In this document: positions 35,073 through 43,000 of the stretch, one piece after another | Position numbering within the stretch: position 1 is the stretch's first letter | How the letters are laid out: every line of letters begins with the position of its first letter | Assembly (NCBI GenBank): GCA_012514975.1 | Contig: JAAYZF010000122.1 | Span: 1-57,093, forward strand | Reading direction: 5' to 3' | DNA length: 57,093 nucleotides | Origin: a bacterium | Lineage (GTDB): Bacteria > Auribacterota > UBA3054 > JAAYZF01 | Position numbers and translations under genes: made by a program | The notes under the pieces: generated by a model | What the model was told of the DNA's origin: nothing | The model's input: only the letters and a program-made list of their open reading frames with translations | Databases searched by the model: none

Positions 35073-38067
35073 TCCGCGGCTGAAGCCTGCCGGCGCGCGC
35101 GGTGAATTCCCGAAGAAGAAACGCGTCGTACGCGCGCCGCGCGGCACGGCGGCCGCGCACGAGGACTTCGGCTTCGACCCGCGCGGTGTAGGCGTCGGTG
35201 CGCGGAGCCGAATCGCCGGGCCTGGCTGCCGTGTGTGAAGAAAGCAGATAGAGCCCTCGGAGCCATGCGCGATCCTGCGTGCTGATGACGCGCATGCGGA
35301 GCACGCCATGGCTGCCGACATTGCGGCGGCGGACGGCGCCGAGGCTGCATGTGTCGCGTTCGCCGAGCATGTTCGTGATGGCGGCCGGTTCCCACACGGC
35401 GCGCGGGAAATTCCACAAGAAGACGGAAAAGACGGGCGGTGCGTTCGTCTCGGGCGGCGAGAACGCGCTGAGATACGCGTCCGCGGGCAGGCGCACGGTG
35501 TCGGGCAGCGTGAATTCCCACACGCCGTCGGCGTTCGGCTCGACCGCGGCGTAGCAGGCGGCGTGCCCGTCGGGGCTGAGGAAAGGGTACGGGAGTTCCG
35601 CTGCCTGGACGGGGCGGTCGACCGTGAGGTGCCCGCCGGTGGAGGCGCTTATGCGCAGGCGTGTGCCGTTGCCGTCGAACCCGAGCATGCATCCTTCCCA
35701 GAAATTCTCTGGCCAGTCTGTGAGGTGGACAAAGCGCCATTGCATGGCGCCGGCGCGTTCGACGGCTGCGCGTGTATCGCGCCATGCACTGCCGGCGGCG
35801 AGGCGTGCGCCGGCAAAGGGCAGCCATGTGCCTGAAGCGGCGATGCGCTCATCGAGCCGTGCGGCGAAGGCGGCGATGCCTGCGGGGCCGGCTGCGCGGC
35901 TGAGGCGGTTCCAGAGCGGTGTGGAGGCGATCTGGCTGCTGGGCGGCGCGGTGTCGTCAAGCGGCGCAGTGCGCGGCGCCGGCGGCGCGTCGCGCGGCGT
36001 GCGGCTCGTGAGGCGCCAGCGTGTCTCTTCCGCCGCGGCCCATGCCGTCAGGGGCGGCAGCTCATCGAAAGCCGGCGTGCGGGCACACTGCTCGCCCAGC
36101 GCGTTGAGCACCGCGCCGGGCATGCGGCGGAAGCACGAGGCCAGCGAACCGAGGCGCACAATCGAGCCGGTGCGGGGCGAGAGCTGTTGCGCGATGCTTG
36201 CCGGGCCTGCATGGACGTAGAGCGTGCGGTCATCGTTACGGTACACGACGAACGCCAGGCCCTCGTCCGCCCGGCCGTCGTCCAGGCGCAGGACCGAGCC
36301 GCGCCAGATGTCGTCGTCCCAGCGGAATCCAGGGTGCTGCAGCACGTCGATGCGCCAGGCAATGCCGCCATAGGGTGAACGCACGGGCGCGCATCGTTCG
36401 ACGACGTACGCCTTGCCTGCCCCGCCGGGGCTCACGGGTGACATCACGCCGCGCAGTCCGCCCGGCAGCATTGTCGCGTCCGTCGCCCAGAACCACAGCG
36501 CGCCGGGCGGCACGTCAAACGACTGCTGCCGCTCGACAAGCCCGCCGCGCACGTCGCTGCCGTTGTTGAACGTCACGGTGTCCGCAACCCCTTCGGGCGA
36601 CTCACGCGACCAGCGCCAGCCGGAAACATACTGCGCCGCGGCGCTCTCGTTGCGCCACACGACCGCATCGCCCTGCCGCAGATGCAGCCCCGCAACGCTC
36701 ATGCCCGGCACGCACGACACTTCATACGCCACGAACGGCTGTGGCGACGCCGCGGTGCGGATGCGGCGCCATGCGCCCGCATTGGCGTCGCCCGCCTGCG
36801 CCGGCGTCCGCGCGGGCAGGTTGGCGCCATTGACAAGCTTCATTGCGGGCCGCGCGGCGGCGGTGCCATGAACGAACCGCGCGAGGTATTCCTGCCCGGC
36901 GAGCACATTGGTGGCAAACCACACGTCAATGCCTGGCGCGGCGGCCGCGAGCGCACCGGGAACGCTCGTTGCATCGCACAGATCGAGGGTGAAGAACCGG
37001 TTTACCCTGCAGAACTCGAGCGGATGGCCCTTCAAGTAGATGGCATCTCCGTCGTTGTCGATCACGGACACGGCATCGCCGTGCCCGCCGCACTCCATGA
37101 CGATCCTGCCCGCGAGGCCGCGCCAGGCGTGCGGGATGAACGGGGTGTCGTAGACGGTGTGCCAGAGGTTCGTGAACAGGCGCCACGATGCGTCGCTCTT
37201 CAGCGGCGAGGCGGAAAGGCGGATGCGGGTGTTGGTGACGCCTGCATCGGCATCATACCATGGGTCCACCGCGGCGATGATGAATGCGCGGAAGATGTCG
37301 TCCACCGGCACGGCATAGAAATAACTCTGCCGCAGGAACGCCGCGGCGGGAACCACCTGCTCGTCGCCGCGCCACACAGCCGCAAGGGAGAACCCCTCGT
37401 GGCCGAGAGTGTGAGGGTGGCTGAGCGTGCTGAGCGTGCCGTTGGCGTCGTACGCGTCGGCAATGGTAAGGGCAAGCTCCTCGGCACGCTGTTCAGGCAT
37501 GCTGCATGAGACGAGCTCGGCCCTGCATGCATCAACGAGATCGACAAGCGGGGCGACGAGCGGGTCGGTTACGGGCTGCCAGCCGTCGTTGCGCCACACG
37601 GTGCGCGCGGCGAGCAGTGCCTGCGCCGAAGGCCACGGAAGCGTGCCCGCATCGAGCGCCGCGTTGGCCACGACAGTCCAGCGATACCGTGTCTGGCACA
37701 CGGCGTTGGAGTCGAGAACCACCCAGCCGCCTGACGAGTCCCGCGGGCCGCCGGCGAGGCTGCCATCGGTGTTGGCCCCCGAGGCGGATGCCTTCGCATG
37801 TTCGAGCGCGGAGTACAACGCTCCGTCAAGCGCGCCCTGCGCGGCGTACTGGCCCGCCTGCGCGCCCTCGTTCATCGAAAGCATGAGCCACGGGCACGCG
37901 AGCAGCGCAAGGAGTGTCAGCAGCAGGAGGGTAACGATCAGCGCGCCGCCGCGCGGTGGATGCACAATCGTCACTGGGGACAGTGACTCCCACTCTGCCT
38001 GCATCGTCACCGGGGACAGTGGCTCCCACTTTGCCTGCATCGTCACCTGTCCGGTCCTTCGTGTCAT
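35035..38067 (-). CDS. Large (1010 aa) hypothetical secreted protein with a PilX-N/GspK-like N-terminal anchor
   Basis: The N-terminus PRGGALIVTLLLLTLLALLACPWLMLSMNEGAQAGQYAAQGAL resembles a PilX-N type anchor. The remainder is unrecognised. It lies immediately downstream of the beta-helix PEP-CTERM gene. The exact start is uncertain because of a tandem repeat at the 5' end. Confidence 0.6.
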   Translation of the reverse strand: MTRRTGQVTMQAKWEPLSPVTMQAEWESLSPVTIVHPPRGGALIVTLLLLTLLALLACPWLMLSMNEGAQAGQYAAQGALDGALYSALEHAKASASGANTDGSLAGGPRDSSGGWVVLDSNAVCQTRYRWTVVANAALDAGTLPWPSAQALLAARTVWRNDGWQPVTDPLVAPLVDLVDACRAELVSCSMPEQRAEELALTIADAYDANGTLSTLSHPHTLGHEGFSLAAVWRGDEQVVPAAAFLRQSYFYAVPVDDIFRAFIIAAVDPWYDADAGVTNTRIRLSASPLKSDASWRLFTNLWHTVYDTPFIPHAWRGLAGRIVMECGGHGDAVSVIDNDGDAIYLKGHPLEFCRVNRFFTLDLCDATSVPGALAAAAPGIDVWFATNVLAGQEYLARFVHGTAAARPAMKLVNGANLPARTPAQAGDANAGAWRRIRTAASPQPFVAYEVSCVPGMSVAGLHLRQGDAVVWRNESAAAQYVSGWRWSRESPEGVADTVTFNNGSDVRGGLVERQQSFDVPPGALWFWATDATMLPGGLRGVMSPVSPGGAGKAYVVERCAPVRSPYGGIAWRIDVLQHPGFRWDDDIWRGSVLRLDDGRADEGLAFVVYRNDDRTLYVHAGPASIAQQLSPRTGSIVRLGSLASCFRRMPGAVLNALGEQCARTPAFDELPPLTAWAAAEETRWRLTSRTPRDAPPAPRTAPLDDTAPPSSQIASTPLWNRLSRAAGPAGIAAFAARLDERIAASGTWLPFAGARLAAGSAWRDTRAAVERAGAMQWRFVHLTDWPENFWEGCMLGFDGNGTRLRISASTGGHLTVDRPVQAAELPYPFLSPDGHAACYAAVEPNADGVWEFTLPDTVRLPADAYLSAFSPPETNAPPVFSVFLWNFPRAVWEPAAITNMLGERDTCSLGAVRRRNVGSHGVLRMRVISTQDRAWLRGLYLLSSHTAARPGDSAPRTDAYTARVEAEVLVRGRRAARRAYDAFLLREFTARAGRLQPRIICQEMRPLPAR
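37969..38047 (-). repeat. Tandem 36-bp repeat (2.2 copies, 3 mismatches) at the 5' end of the 1010-aa gene
   Basis: Units at 37969-38004 and 38005-38040, plus a 7-nt partial copy. They encode VTMQAKWEPLSP / VTMQAEWESLSP, and each unit contains an in-frame ATG. Confidence 0.85.
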
Positions 38068-38121
38068 GCGTGTTGTGGCTGCCGCGCCGGTGGTGGCCCG
38101 CGCGGCCGCGGTATGGCTCGA

Positions 38122-39468
38122 TCAGGCGCGCGGCCGTGTCTTCCTGCGCGCAGGCAGCATCATGCAACAGAGCATCAGCAGCGCCGCGGCGGGCTCGGGC
38201 ACGGGTGCTTTTGCACCGATGAAATTCACGCCGCCGTGTCCCGGGCGGTTGTCCGCGGGGCCGCCGGCAAGCGGCGCGAGAAACAGCGGGTCGAGCGGAT
38301 CGGTCGAGACGAACTGCGGGTCTGCATACACGTTGCTCGTGCCGAACGAATCCCAAGGGTCCGCCACGGCGTTTGTGTAGAGCAGGTTGTTGTTCGCGAT
38401 GAGCGCGTTCGTGTCGGCGGCGTCGGCGCTGAAGCCCGCGTAGTTTTCATAGAGAAGGTTGTTGTGCAGCCCCGCGGTGCCGTGATAGCCGAGCGCGGCG
38501 GCATTGACATTGACGCCCGTGCCGCCATTCTGGTAGAACGTGTTGTTCTGCACGAGCAACTGGTCGAAGTTGTCCGCCTTGATTGCGTCACCGGCCGTTG
38601 CGTGAAAGATGTTGAATGCGATGACCACGTTTGTGTACGGCCTGATGTATGGCCAGAAATTCGTCTGCAGGGCCGTGATCGCCACACCGTTGCTCGTGAA
38701 CGTGTTGTCCGCGATGCGGGCGCATTGGAGCGGCATGAGCATCACACCGGTGCGGCAGTCGTCGAACCGGCATTGCTGGACCAGGCTCGTGTGGTAGTTG
38801 GCATACGGAATCCCCCACGGCACCATGTGTCCCTGGTCAAGGTCGCGCAGCCTGACGCCTCCATTGCGCCCCGCGCCGTTGAACACGCAGTTCGTCACGC
38901 CGAACCGGTATCGCTCGGGCGTGTTGGTAAGGCCGGGCTCCCAGCTTACCCATGCCTGGATATCGGCGCAATACCAGTCGCCCGGCGCGGTGGTTTCATT
39001 GATGATGACAAGGTCCTCGAGCCCCACCTGCGAGGGTGGCATGCAGGCGTAGAGAGGGCTGGCGTAGTTCGTGCCGCTCATGATCGTGCTGTGCGGCCCG
39101 CTGCCGCGGTAGGCGATCGTGGGCGTGCCGCCCCAGCCTTTCAGCCGCATGGCGTTGATGTTCGGGAACATGAGCGGGCCAGGGTACTCGACCCCGGTGT
39201 CCTTCACATTGATCGTGTTTGCGCCAAAGGCTCCGTTGGTGGCATTGGCGAAGTTGATGGCGGCCTGGATGTTCGTGAACGGCTCGGCCATGGTGCCGTG
39301 CGTGGCGCCGGTCCATGTGTTGTCGACATAGTAGCCGTCCCAGGAAGCAGCGAGGTAGTAGTCAGCCCAGAGCGCGGGATCGTAGTATTTCTCGGAGGAT
39401 GTGGCGTGAGCGGCATGCACGGCAAGGCAAAGGACAACGGAGAGGGTGGTGGGAACAACGGGTATCAT
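38122..39468 (-). CDS. Secreted right-handed parallel beta-helix (PbH1 repeat) protein with a PEP-CTERM tail, 448 aa
   Basis: The signal peptide is MIPVVPTTLSVVLCLAVHAAHA. Beta-helix repeat motifs are IADNTFTSNG, VQNNTFYQNGGTGVNV and IANNNLLYTN. The C-terminus is PVPEPAAALLMLCCMMLPARRKTRPRA. ATG 39468 lies within ORF 38122..39507. Confidence 0.75.
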   Translation of the reverse strand: MIPVVPTTLSVVLCLAVHAAHATSSEKYYDPALWADYYLAASWDGYYVDNTWTGATHGTMAEPFTNIQAAINFANATNGAFGANTINVKDTGVEYPGPLMFPNINAMRLKGWGGTPTIAYRGSGPHSTIMSGTNYASPLYACMPPSQVGLEDLVIINETTAPGDWYCADIQAWVSWEPGLTNTPERYRFGVTNCVFNGAGRNGGVRLRDLDQGHMVPWGIPYANYHTSLVQQCRFDDCRTGVMLMPLQCARIADNTFTSNGVAITALQTNFWPYIRPYTNVVIAFNIFHATAGDAIKADNFDQLLVQNNTFYQNGGTGVNVNAAALGYHGTAGLHNNLLYENYAGFSADAADTNALIANNNLLYTNAVADPWDSFGTSNVYADPQFVSTDPLDPLFLAPLAGGPADNRPGHGGVNFIGAKAPVPEPAAALLMLCCMMLPARRKTRPRA

Positions 39469-39496
39469 ATGGCGAATCCTTCCGGGGGTTGTGATG

Positions 39497-39558
39497 AATA
39501 GTAACACGTTTTCTCAAATTCGTGTTACTATTGTAGCCATTCCCTGCTGCATTGTCAA
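39497..39558 (-). promoter_or_regulatory. Minus-strand promoter TTGACA-N17-TACAAT overlapped by a perfect 12-nt inverted repeat (AATAGTAACACG-N12-CGTGTTACTATT), a putative operator
   Basis: The -35 is at 39558..39553 and the -10 at 39535..39530. The inverted-repeat arms at 39497-39508 and 39521-39532 cover the -10/TSS and the early 5' UTR of the beta-helix gene. Confidence 0.6.
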
Positions 39559-39794
39559 GGGGCGCCCATCACCTGTGTTGCAAGTTTTTAGAAATGACAT
39601 GCTTTACGTTTAATAGAACTGACATGGTTTGCCACGCTTCGCGCGAGGGCGCTGAGGGAGCGTAGCGAGCGAAGCGCCCTCGCGTGGCACGATGTGACTC
39701 CAGTCACGTCGATGCGCGGCACGCGCGCCCGGTGTGGTTTGCCGGGCGTACACGCCGTATATCGGGATTTCAGGAGATGGCCTTTGAAACGGAT

Positions 39795-39824
39795 TTGACA
39801 CACACGGCATCGTTGTGGTATACT
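39795..39824 (+). promoter_or_regulatory. Sigma-70 promoter TTGACA-N18-(TG)TATACT for the LTD/CotH giant gene
   Basis: TTGACA lies at 39795-39800 and TGGTATACT at 39816-39824. The predicted leader to ATG 40015 is ~185 nt. Confidence 0.6.
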
Positions 39825-40014
39825 GAATGGTCAATGGCTGTTCAATTGACCATGCCACCTTCTCTTGCGGACCTCTGGAGCTGCTGCGCCGTGCATCCCT
39901 AATCAGGGGCGGGATGCGGCACCGGCGCTGTACAGTCTCTGATTGATTCCACGATCCAGCGGTGCCCAGCCTTGTCTTGCCGCCGCATCAGGACCGCTCA
40001 CCGATTCCCTTACC

Positions 40015-43000
40015 ATGCGCAACAATCCGAACCACGTCATTGCTCTGGCTTTGTATGCCGTGCTGCATGTGCCATTCCTGCACGCGCAGCTAGTGATCAA
40101 TGAGATACACTACAATCCTGACGGACAGATGGAGGATACCGAATTCGTCGAGCTGTGGAACTCCGGTGATCGTGCGATTGATCTCGGCAACTGGAGCATG
40201 AGCGCGGGCATTGCCTACACGTTCCCGGCCGCGGCGTTCATACAGGCGGGAGGCTTTGTCGTCGTAGCGCGTTCTCCGCAGGCCTTTGCGGTGACATATC
40301 CGGGAGTTCGCCATGTGTACGGGCCGTTTGCCACGGACGGCAGGCTGAGCAACAACGGCGAGCGTCTCGCATTGAGCGACGCATCGGGCGTTGTTGTCCG
40401 CGAACTCACCTATGGCGCCAGCGCGCCATGGCCAGTGGAAGCCGACGGCGGCGGCGCGTCGCTCGAGCTGCGCCACCCTGCATTCGATCCAGAGCGTCCG
40501 GGCAGTTGGGCTGCCAGCACCATTGCCAGGGGCACGCCCGGCGCGACGAACTCGTGTTTCACACCGGACGCCCTGCTGTTCAGGACCTCACGCACGCCGG
40601 AATCCCCCGCTTCCGGCTCGAATGTGCTGTTGTCCACACGGTTCCTGCTTGGCGTGCCGTCGAGTGTGACGGTTGCCTGTTCGAGCGGTGCGGAGTGGAG
40701 CGAGCAACCGGCCGCACGCTCGGCGGATGGCATCTGGACCGCGGAGCTCCCCGCGCGTCCAGACGGCTCATGGGTCAGCTACTTCGTGTATGCGCAGGCG
40801 ACGAACGGCGTCATGTACGGCCAGCCGCCCGTCGAGACGCAGATGTACCGTGTCACGGACCAGCCCATCACCGCGGGCGAGCTGCAGATCAACGAAATCA
40901 TGTATCACAGCGCTCCGGACGCGCACTTCACGCCCTACGAGTACATCGAGCTTGTCAATGCGGGAGCAAGGACTGTTGACATTGGCGGCTGCGTGTTCGA
41001 GGATCTTCGTCTGCCGACAAACGAGCTGCTGCTCGCGCCGGGCCGGTTTGCCGTGCTGTCCGACGAACCGGGCGTCATGGATGCCGTCTACGGCCCGATC
41101 GACCGCCTGATCCCCCTGGGCATGGGACTGTCTGACGACGGCGAGCGGCTCGTGCTGCGCAGCCCGAACGAGGTGAAGCTCTCCGAGGTGGAATATGCCG
41201 GCAGCAATGGCTGGCCGGCGTCGCCGGGTGGCATGGGCCCGAGCCTCGAGCTGCGCAGCCCGTATCTTGACATGGCAGTGACGACGAGCTGGGCCGCCTC
41301 AGCAGGCTACGGCACGCCGGGCGGGCCCAACAGCGCGGCGATGCAGGATGTCGCACACACGCTGTTCAACGTCCGCGTCACGCCGCCTTCGCCTGTCGAA
41401 GGCGAGCCGTTCATCATCAGCGCGCATGCACGCGCGTCGACGAACATCACGGCGGTCATCATCGAGTACCGCACGAACGCCAGTGACGTGTTGACGGTCG
41501 AGATGACCGATGGCGACACGCCCGACGACGGCGTCTACGAGGCCGTCATCCCTGCAATGCCGCATCCGGCGTATATATGGTATCGTTTCATGCTGATGCT
41601 CGCCGACGGCTCATCCTATCCATACGCCGGCGCGCCCGGCGACCCGGCGCCGCCGCTGACGGTGCGGCTCTCGGGCTCGGGGCTCGAGACGACCGTTGAC
41701 GCGCAGGATGCATGGCAGGTTGCCACCACTACCGGCGCGGCGACATCCAGCCGGTTGTACATGTATCTCGAGGGTGCAGGGGCGGCGCTCGTTGATGACG
41801 TCTCGATTCTCGAAATCGGCGGCGCGGGCTTCGAGCACATCAGCAACGGCGCCTTTGCCGTGAACGATGCCACATGGACGAAGGCGGGCAATCACAGCGG
41901 CTCCGCACGCGAGCCGCTGCTGGGCCATGCGTCGCCCGGATGCGAACGGATCGTCTCGACGGGTGTTGGTGGAAGCGCGGGTGACAGCGTGAACTGCCGC
42001 ACCGCCGGTTCGCTGCTCACGGACGGTCGGGAGTATCAACTGCGGTTCGCGTACCGCCGTGCCGAGGACGCATGGTTCCTCTGCCACTACGGCCGCCGCG
42101 ACTACTCGGCCGTGCGCATCAACGAGATCATGGCGTCCAACAATTCGACCTATCCGGACGAAACGGGTGCGTTCTCCGATTGGATCGAGCTGTACAACAC
42201 AGGCGACACGCCGGTGCCGCTGGGCGGCCTGTTCCTGACGGACAATCTGGACAATCCGACGAAATGGCAGATTCCGGCGACGGCGGCTCTCGCGCCGCAC
42301 GGGTATGCCGTGTTCCGGGCCGACGGCACGGGCAGAGGACTTCACGCGAGTTTCGGCCTGTCGCGCGACGGCGAGGAAGCGGGCCTGTTCTCGCCCGAGG
42401 GCGAGTTGATTGACGCGGTTGCCTTTGGCGCCCAGTTCGGCGATGTGTCCTATGGGCGGCAGCCGGACGGCACCGGCGTCTGGGCGTTCTTCGCCGCGGC
42501 GACGCCGAATGCACCCAACGGCGGTGAGACGTTTGCCAGCGTCGCCTTCGCGCCCATGCCCGAAGCCGCGCCGGCCGGCGGATTCCACGGCGGCACACAG
42601 AGCGTTGTACTTGCCGCGGACGCGCCCGGCACGGCCATCCGTTTCACCCTCGATGGCACGCTGCCATCCCCGGATAGCGCCCTGTACGACGGGCCGATCA
42701 TCACCGCGTCCACCACCGTCGTGCGCGCCCGCGCGTATGTGCCGGGGATGATGCCGAGCGCGGCGGCGACGTTCACGTATTTCATCGGGCACACCGGCCC
42801 TCTGGCTGTGGTCTCGCTCAGCACAACGCCGGTCTTTTTCTTCGATGAGATCACCGGGATGTACGTCAACGACATCAAGGACGTCGAGATACCGGTGCAC
42901 ATCTCGATGCACGAACCTGGCGGCGCGTTGGCGTTCAGCATCGACGCAGGCACGCAGCTCGCCGGATACAACATCTTCCGGTTCGCGCAGAACCCGCTCA

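Noticed and set aside
38113-39501. 462-aa ORF on the + strand
   Set aside because: It is antisense to the beta-helix PEP-CTERM gene, which has a signal peptide, repeat motifs and a sorting tail. The + strand product has none.
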